Source: a virus
IMG/VR virus record: IMGVR_UViG_3300034760_000017
Coordinates: 1-38,071 of that record
Direction: 5' to 3' (one strand)
DNA length: 38,071 nt
Part shown: piece after piece, positions 14,781-22,364 of the stretch
Numbering within the stretch: position 1 is the stretch's first letter
Layout: every line of letters starts with the position of its first letter
The notes under the pieces: generated by a model
The model's database searches: none
What the model was told of the DNA's origin: nothing
What the model saw: the letters and a program-made list of their open reading frames with translations, nothing else
Position numbers and translations under genes: made by a program

Positions 14781-14963
14781 ATGCAGACACCAACCGAGAA
14801 GCAGGTCAGGTTACCTATAAACGCCTGGAAGCTAGCCGATAAGGCGAGCACCGCCATGAGCAAGCAGAAGAACTACAAGGTATACACTAACGCCTTAGTA
14901 GCTATGGCTATTACTGAATATGTGAACAATCACCCGGAGCTAGGTTTAAAAACAAATGGATAA
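14781..14963 (+). CDS. Ribbon-helix-helix-like DNA-binding protein, 60 aa
   Basis: N-terminal KQVRLPINAWKLADKAS (beta strand then helix) typical of Arc/CopG RHH. SD AAAGGAA. Divergent from 14199-14648. Confidence 0.55.
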   Translation: MQTPTEKQVRLPINAWKLADKASTAMSKQKNYKVYTNALVAMAITEYVNNHPELGLKTNG

Positions 14964-15321
14964 GACGCCCGTAAAAGGCTACGAAGACATATATTGGATC
15001 ACTATAGATGGTAGGGTGTTTTCAAAACGCCGGGAACTATCTCCGCAGCTTAATCCACAAACAGGGTATATGACTGTCTATCTAACCAAGGATCATAAAT
15101 CCAGGACCATGACTGTACATCGGCTAGTAGCACTTACTTTTATACCTATTCGTAAATCAAAGCCACAGGTTAACCATAAGAACAGCATAAAGACTGATAA
15201 TAGGGTTGAAAATCTGGAGTGGTGTACACACGGTGAGAATATGCAACACTCCTGGAATCATCGACGCAAGGTACTTGATGAGATTATAAAGGCCTATCTA
15301 CTTAAGGGTAAAGTAACTTAA
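14956..15321 (+). CDS. HNH homing endonuclease (NUMOD4-type N-terminus plus HNH_3), 121 aa
   Basis: YEDIYWITIDGRVFS and VNHKNSIKTDNRVENLEWCTHGEN motifs. Confidence 0.85.
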   Translation: MDKTPVKGYEDIYWITIDGRVFSKRRELSPQLNPQTGYMTVYLTKDHKSRTMTVHRLVALTFIPIRKSKPQVNHKNSIKTDNRVENLEWCTHGENMQHSWNHRRKVLDEIIKAYLLKGKVT

Positions 15322-15324
15322 TAG

Positions 15325-15354
15325 TTGACAAATAGGTTACAGTCGTGATAGTCT
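15325..15354 (+). promoter_or_regulatory. Promoter TTGACA-N18-TAGTCT with TGA extended -10 and TACATC start region
   Basis: tagTTGACAaatag...gTGATAGTCTtagTACATC. Nearly the same layout as 17695-17723. Confidence 0.55.
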
Positions 15355-15436
15355 TAGTACATCACCAACCGACAGCACAGCAAACGGCGATACGCCAGCA
15401 AGCAGTCAACCGGAAGATACCAACACATTAACAATT

Positions 15437-15576
15437 TATATCGGGATTGCCACTAATAAAAGGAGACAACCCCATGTGCGACGAAAACTCAACCGGATAC
15501 TGCCTGAGTCACAACGAATGGCACGGTACGGAGGAATAACAAGCCACACCAGCGTATTGCTGGCAACCCCGATATA
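15437..15576 (+). repeat. 16-nt inverted repeat (15/16) bracketing a mini-ORF
   Basis: tatatcgggattgcca (15437-15452) versus the reverse complement of tggcaaccccgatata (15561-15576). Confidence 0.8.
15474..15539 (+). CDS. Mini-ORF, 21 aa (MCDENSTGYCLSHNEWHGTEE)
   Basis: AGGAG 8 nt upstream of the ATG. Lies inside the inverted repeat. Confidence 0.4.
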   Translation: MCDENSTGYCLSHNEWHGTEE

Positions 15577-15604
15577 AAGCACTAACAACTACAGGAGCAG
15601 GCCT

Positions 15605-15694
15605 ATGAGCCGAACCAAGCAAGCACTGAGCGAATATATAGACGTCACGGACGGACACCAGGACGAGGATTGGAGCTATAACCTAGATGACTGA
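15605..15694 (+). CDS. Mini-ORF, 29 aa, acidic
   Basis: AGGAG 7 nt upstream. 8-nt overlap with the next ORF. Confidence 0.45.
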   Translation: MSRTKQALSEYIDVTDGHQDEDWSYNLDD

Positions 15695-15794
15695 GTACCA
15701 GAAGTACCTGAGTAGCTGGCTGACCTACGACGACCAGAGCACCTACGAGAAGATACAGGCCAAGCGCCTGAGGAAGTATGAGGAGGCTGAGTAA
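15687..15794 (+). CDS. Mini-ORF, 35 aa (MTEYQKYLSSWLTYDDQSTYEK...)
   Basis: Overlaps the upstream ORF. TAATG junction with the next ORF. Confidence 0.45.
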   Translation: MTEYQKYLSSWLTYDDQSTYEKIQAKRLRKYEEAE

Positions 15795-15961
15795 TGAGCT
15801 TCTACAGACAGCTCCTGACAGCCCTGGCACTGTCCGACATCATCAAGGCCTCACAGGTCACCATAGACGGCTGCAAATACGAGGTAGAGGCCGTCAGCAA
15901 GCCCTACAAGGACGGTTCACGGACAGCAACACTAACACCAATAAAAAAAGGAAACAAATAA
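15794..15961 (+). CDS. Hypothetical protein, 55 aa
   Basis: GAGGAGG 7 nt upstream. TAATG overlap. Confidence 0.5.
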   Translation: MSFYRQLLTALALSDIIKASQVTIDGCKYEVEAVSKPYKDGSRTATLTPIKKGNK

Positions 15962-15962
15962 T

Positions 15963-16118
15963 ATGTACGAAACAAACAGCACTTTTATAGACGACGACGG
16001 GAACCGCTACGACCTGACGAGCGACGTCTACAACCCGCAGGCACGCAGCGTCAACGACATGATCCTCGGCGGCATCGCATCGGCCATCAAGGCCGGACGG
16101 GCACCATACGAATTCTAG
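15963..16118 (+). CDS. Hypothetical protein, 51 aa
   Basis: ATG 1 nt after the upstream stop, AAGGAAA upstream. Confidence 0.5.
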   Translation: MYETNSTFIDDDGNRYDLTSDVYNPQARSVNDMILGGIASAIKAGRAPYEF

Positions 16119-16194
16119 CCAGACACTGAGGCTCACCTATTACAGGGTGGAGCCGATGGGTGTGCCTATAATGACAAGCAGAATGGAGGAGATA

Positions 16195-16287
16195 ATGGCG
16201 GATTTGACTAACCAGAGAGGCGCTCAAGCCCGAGCAGACCAAGTCATGCGCGTGGTGAGACTGCATACCGGGAGGAGCCTTGTATGA
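16195..16287 (+). CDS. Mini-ORF, 30 aa (alternative start 16171)
   Basis: GGAGGAG 4 nt upstream. ATGA overlap with 16284 gene. Confidence 0.4.
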   Translation: MADLTNQRGAQARADQVMRVVRLHTGRSLV

Positions 16288-16637
16288 ACAAGTTTGACTT
16301 ACCTGCACTACTTGCAAAACCAATCGAAAAGGATATGTCCGTGGACAGCTTCGACCCTTGGGAGCCATTCCAGGTTTACGGCTCCTATTCTTCTGAGTTT
16401 GACGATATGGCCATACGGGTGCTGACGGATATACAGAATGAGGTATTTAACAATCACAACTTAGCTGATGAGATGTTCCGGGAGATGCTGTGCAACCTTG
16501 AGTTCTGTAACTACGGTACAAGTCCACGGGTTTGTTTTGCATCGGGTGAGTTTAAAAAGTTATTACCTGAATATATCGACAAGTGGAAAGAGTATTACAA
16601 AGTCCAGTGGGATGAAGAGTACGAGGCTGAGGCGTGA
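16284..16637 (+). CDS. Hypothetical acidic protein, 117 aa
   Basis: GGGAGGAG upstream. GTGA overlap with the next gene. Confidence 0.8.
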   Translation: MNKFDLPALLAKPIEKDMSVDSFDPWEPFQVYGSYSSEFDDMAIRVLTDIQNEVFNNHNLADEMFREMLCNLEFCNYGTSPRVCFASGEFKKLLPEYIDKWKEYYKVQWDEEYEAEA

Positions 16638-17116
16638 ATACCACGATCAAGCCCTCACCCTGCAGAACCTGCGGCTCCCTGTATCATTCAGCCATGTACC
16701 ACAAACCCAAAGCCCCGATTAAGACCAACGTGCAGCCCCCGAGGGCGCCAAGACCCTGTAAGTGGTGCGGGGTGGCCAACGTGCACCTTGAGTTCCAGTG
16801 CCCCCTGCTGCCGAAGACCCCGCTTAAGCAGGTAGGCAAGAGCCACAAGAAGTGGATGCAGACCCGTAAGCAGTGGCTGGAGGTCAACACCTACCCCGTC
16901 CATACCTGCCATTACTGCCGGAAGGTGGTGACGACCTCGGAGATGACACTGGACCATAAGGTACCACGCAGCCGGGCACCGGAGCTGCGCTATGACTTCG
17001 GCAATCTCGTACCGGCCTGCGCCTCATGCAACGGGTTGAAAGGCTCAGTGGATCATGACCATTACAGGCATGAGTGCCCGGATATCAAGACTGACCATGT
17101 AAAGGAGACGACATGA
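16634..17116 (+). CDS. HNH endonuclease with N-terminal zinc-knuckle-like repeats, 160 aa
   Basis: CHYC...LDHKVPRSR...N..PACASCN HNH motif. CRTCGSLYH and CKWCG knuckles. Confidence 0.85.
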   Translation: MNTTIKPSPCRTCGSLYHSAMYHKPKAPIKTNVQPPRAPRPCKWCGVANVHLEFQCPLLPKTPLKQVGKSHKKWMQTRKQWLEVNTYPVHTCHYCRKVVTTSEMTLDHKVPRSRAPELRYDFGNLVPACASCNGLKGSVDHDHYRHECPDIKTDHVKETT

Positions 17117-17478
17117 TTACTTCAATGAACGGCTCGGGCAAGTGGATAGGCCCGAAGAGATACGAGGCCCTGACAGCCGAGGAAAAGACCAACTGGAACC
17201 CCGCATGGAAGGAGTACCGGGAAGAAATCAAACAGGAGATGCAGTACTGCGAGGAGTGCGGCCACGAGACAGGCATGGAGGACGTGGTCACGCGCATACC
17301 CATAGGCGAGCCGTACCGCTACTACCAGGCCGGGCCGATGCAGCGCTACTTCTCAAAGAAGCTGCTGGAACAGTCGCAGAACCCCATCACCAACGGCTCG
17401 CTGGGTGGTAGCAAGACGATCAGCTTCACTCGCCATAGCCCGCTGGCTAACCCTAATAAGGAGGTTTCACATGGATAA
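17113..17478 (+). CDS. Hypothetical protein, 121 aa
   Basis: ATGA overlap with the HNH gene, SD GGAGACG. Confidence 0.8.
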   Translation: MITSMNGSGKWIGPKRYEALTAEEKTNWNPAWKEYREEIKQEMQYCEECGHETGMEDVVTRIPIGEPYRYYQAGPMQRYFSKKLLEQSQNPITNGSLGGSKTISFTRHSPLANPNKEVSHG

Positions 17479-17608
17479 GACAAGCAGAGGGCATGACATG
17501 GTGTTGAACTACTCAAATAACAATAGCAGGCCGTCAGATCCGCAATGGGCACCCCTACCCGGTGTAGCAGGGGAGGAGAAACGTGGCGACGTACCTACCC
17601 AATTCTAG
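17471..17608 (+). CDS. Hypothetical protein, 45 aa, carrying RPSDPQ and PLPGV modules
   Basis: Internal ATG with strong AAGGAGG 6 nt upstream. Confidence 0.55.
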   Translation: MDKTSRGHDMVLNYSNNNSRPSDPQWAPLPGVAGEEKRGDVPTQF

Positions 17609-17694
17609 CCGTCTGAGCCGTAGTCTCTCAAGTTATGCCCTGCTCTTGGTGTCCGGGCTTCCGCCTGTAAATGGCCTGTTATTGAAGAAAGTAG

Positions 17695-17723
17695 TTGACA
17701 AGTAGACTACCATTTGATAGTAT
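17695..17723 (+). promoter_or_regulatory. Promoter TTGACA-N17-TAGTAT with TGA extended -10
   Basis: gtagTTGACAagtag...tTGATAGTAT. The track ORF start at 17695 is just the TTG of this -35 box. Confidence 0.6.
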
Positions 17724-17757
17724 AAGGGTAGAGTCAACTAAACAAGGAACAAGAACT

Positions 17758-17934
17758 ATGAACAAAACTCAATACAGCAAGTACCTCAAACTCAACCAGG
17801 CAGATAAGAAAGCTTTTATCACTAAAGCAATTAACGCCGGTATGGACAAAGAGCTGATCCACTTCCTGAAGTTCAGCCAGCTTGCTACCAGCAAGAGTGT
17901 ACAGAACAAAATGTTTAACAGCCTCTCCGTATAG
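17758..17934 (+). CDS. Hypothetical protein, 58 aa
   Basis: ATG after AAGGAAC. Downstream of the promoter at 17695. Confidence 0.7.
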   Translation: MNKTQYSKYLKLNQADKKAFITKAINAGMDKELIHFLKFSQLATSKSVQNKMFNSLSV

Positions 17935-17945
17935 GGGCTGTTTTC

Positions 17946-18299
17946 ATGACTCAATACGCTTGTAGGAATTGCAAAGTTAATTCCCATACAACATTAACTT
18001 GTGTGCAAGAACAGATGTTCGGCGTACCTATGCTTGTTTCTTACTATGTTCCTGACGATACGGTTTTGCTTATAGGTAGAAAGAAGCGTCCGTATCACTA
18101 TTCCCCAATACCGCTACATATTCAGGATGAGCTTATGAATATGTCATTTGATTATACGGATAGATTGATGGGTGTACTTTATCTCAAAGACTCAACGAAA
18201 GACAGTTTCATAATGCAGGATATGGAGCTTCAGGAGATACGAGGCCGTATAGAAGCGCTAGATTATCTAGCTAAGCTAATAGAAGAAAGAAGCAAATAG
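17946..18299 (+). CDS. Hypothetical protein, 117 aa (lower-GC segment)
   Basis: Track ORF, co-oriented and tightly packed. Confidence 0.75.
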   Translation: MTQYACRNCKVNSHTTLTCVQEQMFGVPMLVSYYVPDDTVLLIGRKKRPYHYSPIPLHIQDELMNMSFDYTDRLMGVLYLKDSTKDSFIMQDMELQEIRGRIEALDYLAKLIEERSK

Positions 18300-18602
18300 A
18301 TGGCTTACAACAAAGAAAAAGACGTATCAGCAGGATATATCAGTCCGATGCACCAAGACCTGCTACAGAGCATCATAGAGACTCACAAGCGCACGAAGCG
18401 TGGGGAACTCGAATGGCTGATAGAACAGGCCGTTATTAACGAGTGGGGTTATGAACATTACCGGGCGCTTATAGAAGCCCACCAAGCGAGTGCCGCCCTA
18501 CCCGGTGTAGGGCAAGGAGGCGCTCAGGGCAGTTCGCAGAGTGCAGTGGACGCTTCAGCCCAAGGACATGAGGCCATAACCGGGGATGAGGAGGCACGAT
18601 AA
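18300..18602 (+). CDS. Hypothetical protein, 100 aa, carrying the ALPGV module
   Basis: ATG immediately after the upstream stop. Confidence 0.75.
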   Translation: MAYNKEKDVSAGYISPMHQDLLQSIIETHKRTKRGELEWLIEQAVINEWGYEHYRALIEAHQASAALPGVGQGGAQGSSQSAVDASAQGHEAITGDEEAR

Positions 18603-19036
18603 TGGTAAGGCGTAGCGGAGTTTTAACGGGTATCGGTAACTCCGAGCCGGAGTTGATGGACGGCCAGAGTACAGGCGATTCTAAACTCGATAAGGTAATC
18701 AACGAGTGTTCCAAAGACTGCTATAACACGTTCTTTAAGGGTACGGAAATGGACTATGAGGGTGTTGACGCTGGGGCTAGTGTGTATGGTATCAAGATTG
18801 GTATCGAACCGGCATACTTCGGAGACAACCTCAAGATTGTCAACTTCCTACAGAATAAGACACGATGCAGTTTCGAGACAGGCCACGCCTTCGGCTATTA
18901 CGGGTCGGGTATACGCTCAACTGTCCGGTTCTATGAACAATACAAGCGTCAGACGAAGTTCACTAAGTTTATAGACAAGTGGCATCCATTACTGTTTCCT
19001 AAAGCTGATGACCCGGTTATCACAGCGGCTTGCTGA
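18602..19036 (+). CDS. Hypothetical protein, 144 aa
   Basis: TAATG junction with the upstream gene. Confidence 0.7.
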   Translation: MVRRSGVLTGIGNSEPELMDGQSTGDSKLDKVINECSKDCYNTFFKGTEMDYEGVDAGASVYGIKIGIEPAYFGDNLKIVNFLQNKTRCSFETGHAFGYYGSGIRSTVRFYEQYKRQTKFTKFIDKWHPLLFPKADDPVITAAC

Positions 19037-19108
19037 GACTAAAAAGCCAAGTAGAGGGCGGCAAGAACGCTAATAGGGGCACTTCATATAACAAGAGAGG
19101 GATACAAC

Positions 19109-19333
19109 ATGAATCACAAACCAATTAAAATCAAAGTAGACCGCCGATTTAAGAACGGCAACATCAAGACTACCGGCAACGAGCTTAGGGGCAATCCCGA
19201 GACTATGGAATTAAAGCGGATGGACGTACCACCCGGAGCGCCTATCGAAATGCAGTTAAACCCGCCTATCATCGTATCCAGAGAATTAGGCGTAAAGTTG
19301 GCGGCCACTGACAAGAAAGGGGAGCAACCATGA
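19109..19333 (+). CDS. Hypothetical protein, 74 aa
   Basis: AGAGGGA upstream. ATGA overlap downstream. Confidence 0.75.
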   Translation: MNHKPIKIKVDRRFKNGNIKTTGNELRGNPETMELKRMDVPPGAPIEMQLNPPIIVSRELGVKLAATDKKGEQP

Positions 19334-20049
19334 CGGACGCGCGAGATGCACGGGCGGAGCTGCGGCAGAGACTACTTGAAGTCTTCGGCATATTCGAAAG
19401 CGAATTAGAGTATGGATTGCAGATACCTGTTACGACAACGAAACTAGACACTATCATGCAGCTGTTCGACGCCTACGCCGCCCGCCCGCCCCACACAGGG
19501 AGCGGGGACACCGACATATCGCTGTGTGATGGCTGCAACTGCATGACCCATACGATACATAGCGTCGATGATTCGTACAGATGTGCAAAGTGTAAGTACT
19601 GGAAGCGGGAGCCGGACAGCCAAGATGTAAACCGAACCGCCCCTACGCCTGACATCGGCAGGAAAGATGTAAAGTATGGCGGGGACACGCCGGACGCGGA
19701 GCTGGACAACCAGACCATACCGGGCAACACTACAATGGCCACGGGCAGGCTGAACGCTAACGGCGGCATTGATTTTGACGATGCATCGCCGGACGCGGAG
19801 CTGGACGGGATATTATTGACGTTCGCATACACCGAATCACCAGAGGGGATAAGTGACGATGAACTAATCAGCGACGTAAGGGCGAAGCTCCGCGCCCGTG
19901 AACGCCGCCTGCTTGCGGAGAGCTTGGAACGGCTGAGGAACGCCCCTAAGCGCGTCATGGCCAGCGACGGGGAGCTTGTCGTGCTGATGTCCGCCATAGA
20001 CGCCGAACTTGCCCGCATCAGGCAGGGGGAGGGGGAGGGGGCAGCATGA
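19330..20049 (+). CDS. Hypothetical protein, 239 aa, with a central Cys cluster (CDGCNC...CAKC) and a repeated PDAELD motif
   Basis: Track ORF, ATGA overlaps on both sides. Confidence 0.8.
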   Translation: MTDARDARAELRQRLLEVFGIFESELEYGLQIPVTTTKLDTIMQLFDAYAARPPHTGSGDTDISLCDGCNCMTHTIHSVDDSYRCAKCKYWKREPDSQDVNRTAPTPDIGRKDVKYGGDTPDAELDNQTIPGNTTMATGRLNANGGIDFDDASPDAELDGILLTFAYTESPEGISDDELISDVRAKLRARERRLLAESLERLRNAPKRVMASDGELVVLMSAIDAELARIRQGEGEGAA

Positions 20050-20201
20050 GCAAAGTCATGGCATTCCTGGAACACATCAGCAGTTTCCTTATCGGCATGG
20101 GGCTAGCTATGGCTGTTGACCCCTACCGGGATATATGGACACTGCAATTTATCGGTATCATCGTGACTTTTATAGGAATGGAGCTGAGGTATCACAAATG
20201 A
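20046..20201 (+). CDS. Small membrane protein, 51 aa
   Basis: ATGA overlaps on both sides, GGAGGGGG upstream, two hydrophobic segments. Confidence 0.55.
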   Translation: MSKVMAFLEHISSFLIGMGLAMAVDPYRDIWTLQFIGIIVTFIGMELRYHK

Positions 20202-20308
20202 GCCACCAAACCGCCTTCTGGATACTGGCCGGGCCGCTGATCGTCGGCATGTACGGCTTGGTGGGTGGGCTGGTGTGGTGGATTATTAAGTATTTGAGGG
20301 AGAGGTGA
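20198..20308 (+). CDS. Small membrane protein, 36 aa
   Basis: ATGA overlap, GAGG 8 nt upstream, one TM segment (FWILAGPLIVGMYGLVGGLVWWII). Confidence 0.5.
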   Translation: MSHQTAFWILAGPLIVGMYGLVGGLVWWIIKYLRER

Positions 20309-20312
20309 AAGC

Positions 20313-20402
20313 ATGGCGACCTGGAAAACCGCCCGGAGCCTGCATAGCTCAGCGGAGGTCAAGTCATACATTAAGCCCGAGTGGCACGGAAGGAACTTGT
20401 AA
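20313..20402 (+). CDS. Mini-ORF, 29 aa
   Basis: GAGG 7 nt upstream. TAATG junction downstream. Confidence 0.4.
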   Translation: MATWKTARSLHSSAEVKSYIKPEWHGRNL

Positions 20403-20539
20403 TGAACGATGTAGAGAAAAACCCTGCGAACTTCCGAGGTATGCCACTTCATGCGCTAACAGCCGAATATAAAGCAACGCTAGTGCATCTGCACAATCTG
20501 GAAACGATAATTAAAGAGGAGTATTTACATGCAAAGTAA
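20402..20539 (+). CDS. Hypothetical protein, 45 aa
   Basis: AAGGAA 6 nt upstream. Confidence 0.5.
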   Translation: MNDVEKNPANFRGMPLHALTAEYKATLVHLHNLETIIKEEYLHAK

Positions 20540-20675
20540 GCAGGATATCATCATCAATACCGTTGAGACCGACCCCGACACCGGCGAGATTATAGCCCTG
20601 TACTGGCAGAACCAGAAATTCGTACGACAAGTGCAGGGTACCGACTTGGCCACCCCCGACCCAAACAACAAGTAA
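20529..20675 (+). CDS. Hypothetical protein, 48 aa
   Basis: GAGGAG 7 nt upstream. 11-nt overlap with the upstream ORF. Confidence 0.5.
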   Translation: MQSKQDIIINTVETDPDTGEIIALYWQNQKFVRQVQGTDLATPDPNNK

Positions 20676-20731
20676 GCAGCCGTCAAATCCGCAATAATAA
20701 CCCCGGTGAACCTTAAAGGATAGGAGCATAT

Positions 20732-20857
20732 ATGAGCAACATGACAGACACGGAACTACTTAGTTACTACAAGGAACTGGTACACGCCCAGAATGAGACA
20801 ATCACGGCGTTGAACAAGCTGGTGGACATACTGAATATACAGGTGTCCCAGTCATGA
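20732..20857 (+). CDS. Hypothetical protein, 41 aa
   Basis: AGGAG 5 nt upstream. ATGA overlap downstream. Confidence 0.55.
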   Translation: MSNMTDTELLSYYKELVHAQNETITALNKLVDILNIQVSQS

Positions 20858-21201
20858 CACGCATAGCGCACGACTTGGCCACCCCCGGCCCGGACGGCAA
20901 TGACCGGCCGTCAGATCCGCAATCCGGCGGCACCGGCGGGGAGCAGGCTATAGACGAACTGGACAAGATAATCATAGATGGTACTACATGGGATATAACG
21001 TCACCGTGGCCGAAGTTGATAGTCAAACCCGAGGCCAAAGCCGCCCTGCTGGCGTATGTCGGGCGGGAGGTGGCGGAAGGCCGGATAGACGAATTGGAAC
21101 GCTACCGGCAGGACTACCGCGATAACCTAGGCAGTGACTGGAACTATGTAGATGACCGCATAGCCGAACTGCGCCGGGCAGTGCCGGAGGGGGAGGCGTG
21201 A
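20854..21201 (+). CDS. Hypothetical protein, 115 aa, carrying the RPSDPQ module
   Basis: Track ORF, 4-nt overlaps on both sides. Confidence 0.8.
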   Translation: MTRIAHDLATPGPDGNDRPSDPQSGGTGGEQAIDELDKIIIDGTTWDITSPWPKLIVKPEAKAALLAYVGREVAEGRIDELERYRQDYRDNLGSDWNYVDDRIAELRRAVPEGEA

Positions 21202-21416
21202 GCAGGTTTTCATTGCTCACCGAATGGGAGACCCACCGGATAGCCATGACGTATGCCTTGGTGGCGACAGGTTGCCTGTGCCTCTTCTGGCTGGCCTGGA
21301 TAGACCCCCGCTACGGAGACATGATGATAGCCGCCCTGGAGAACGCCGGGGCTGACGTGGACGCATTACACGCTGAAGCCCGCAGGCGTGACGGGAAGCG
21401 GTCAGACGAGGGCTAG
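21198..21416 (+). CDS. Hypothetical protein, 72 aa, with one hydrophobic segment
   Basis: GTGA-type overlap with the upstream gene. Confidence 0.7.
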   Translation: MSRFSLLTEWETHRIAMTYALVATGCLCLFWLAWIDPRYGDMMIAALENAGADVDALHAEARRRDGKRSDEG

Positions 21417-21515
21417 GGTGCCCGTACTGCGGGCGTGCCGAATCTTCGTCTTATAACAGTCCTCGATGTAGTCGCGGACGAAGTAGGCCTGGGTAGGGGT
21501 GTTGTGTTCGTTCAT
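21402..21515 (-). CDS. Possible minus-strand mini-ORF, 37 aa, leaderless-type start
   Basis: ATG 21513-21515 lies 7 nt downstream of TATAAT (21528-21523, minus strand). No SD. Its 3' end overlaps the convergent plus-strand gene by 15 nt. Confidence 0.3.
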   Translation of the reverse strand: MNEHNTPTQAYFVRDYIEDCYKTKIRHARSTGTLALV

Positions 21516-21577
21516 AAAGCAAATTATATACACCATAAACTGTACGTCTGTGGAAATATTCATAAGGAGTATGTAGA

Positions 21578-21961
21578 ATGGATAAAGAATTTATGAAACT
21601 GCCGATAACCCCGATGGGCAAGCCCCGTATGACACAGAGGGACGTCTGGAAGAAGCGTGACGTCGTGGTGCGCTACCGTGACTTCTGCGACGAGCTGAAC
21701 CTCCGCCTGCCCCGCTATGAACTACCGGCTGAACTGACGATCAGCTTCGGTCTGCCCATGCCGAAGTCCTGGAGCGCCAAGAAGCGGGAGACCATGCGTA
21801 TGATGCCCCACGACGGCAAGCCGGACATCGACAACCTGCTCAAGGCCTTCATGGACGCCTTCAAGACTGAGGACAAGCATGTCTATAAGGTGATAGCCAC
21901 CAAGTACTGGAGTGAGTCGGGGTTCATCAGCCTGCCTGATGTAATTGACCACGACAAATAA
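21578..21961 (+). CDS. rusA: RusA-family Holliday junction resolvase, 127 aa
   Basis: GKPDIDNLLKAFMDAF catalytic-Asp motif, size, AAGGAG SD. Confidence 0.8.
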   Translation: MDKEFMKLPITPMGKPRMTQRDVWKKRDVVVRYRDFCDELNLRLPRYELPAELTISFGLPMPKSWSAKKRETMRMMPHDGKPDIDNLLKAFMDAFKTEDKHVYKVIATKYWSESGFISLPDVIDHDK

Positions 21962-22288
21962 GCCGTTCACCCCGGCTGTAACTAAGGCCTGTCTCTTCTA
22001 TTCCCCCACGGATGTCAAACCGTAGCTTTACCTGTATCAGTACCGGCTCTTTATTGTATCCAGACCTCTGATATAGGCGGCCGGGTGAAAAGGATCAACC
22101 GATTCTACCAACCAAAATGAGATGTTAAGGAGCGACACAGTACAAAGGCCGGGATTCGCAACCCCTCCCCGGCAAGGGAGTCCGGTATCATTCCCTAAGC
22201 GCTAGGGCGTTTGGCGGCTGATTGGGGTTCTTCCCCCCTGACGTGCCCGCCCGAGGCTGATACTGCCTACCTTGGTCGTCACTTGCGC

Positions 22289-22317
22289 TTGACTCATAGA
22301 AAATCACGATGTACTAT
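22289..22317 (+). promoter_or_regulatory. Promoter TTGACT-N17-TACTAT with TACATC start region
   Basis: TTGACT 22289-22294, 17-nt spacer, TACTAT 22312-22317, then tcaTACATC. Confidence 0.6.
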
Positions 22318-22340
22318 TCATACATCGAGACATACAAGCG

Positions 22341-22364
22341 GCAGCTCCTACGGGAGCTGTTTTG
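22341..22364 (+). terminator. Promoter-proximal intrinsic terminator
   Basis: cagctcc (22342-22348) pairs with ggagctg (22353-22359), tacg loop, then tttt. It lies only ~20 nt after the predicted start. Confidence 0.55.

Noticed and set aside
16111-16120. 10-nt recurrence aattctagcc at the ends of two small ORFs (16111 and 17595)
   Set aside because: The match is short, the flanks are unrelated, and it is compatible with chance plus a shared ...(E/Q)F-stop ending.
21962-22288. Alternative genetic code (stop-codon reassignment) to explain the ORF-free gaps
   Set aside because: Hand translation of one plus frame across this gap found TAA, TAG and TGA all present in it. Normal genes elsewhere terminate with all three stops.
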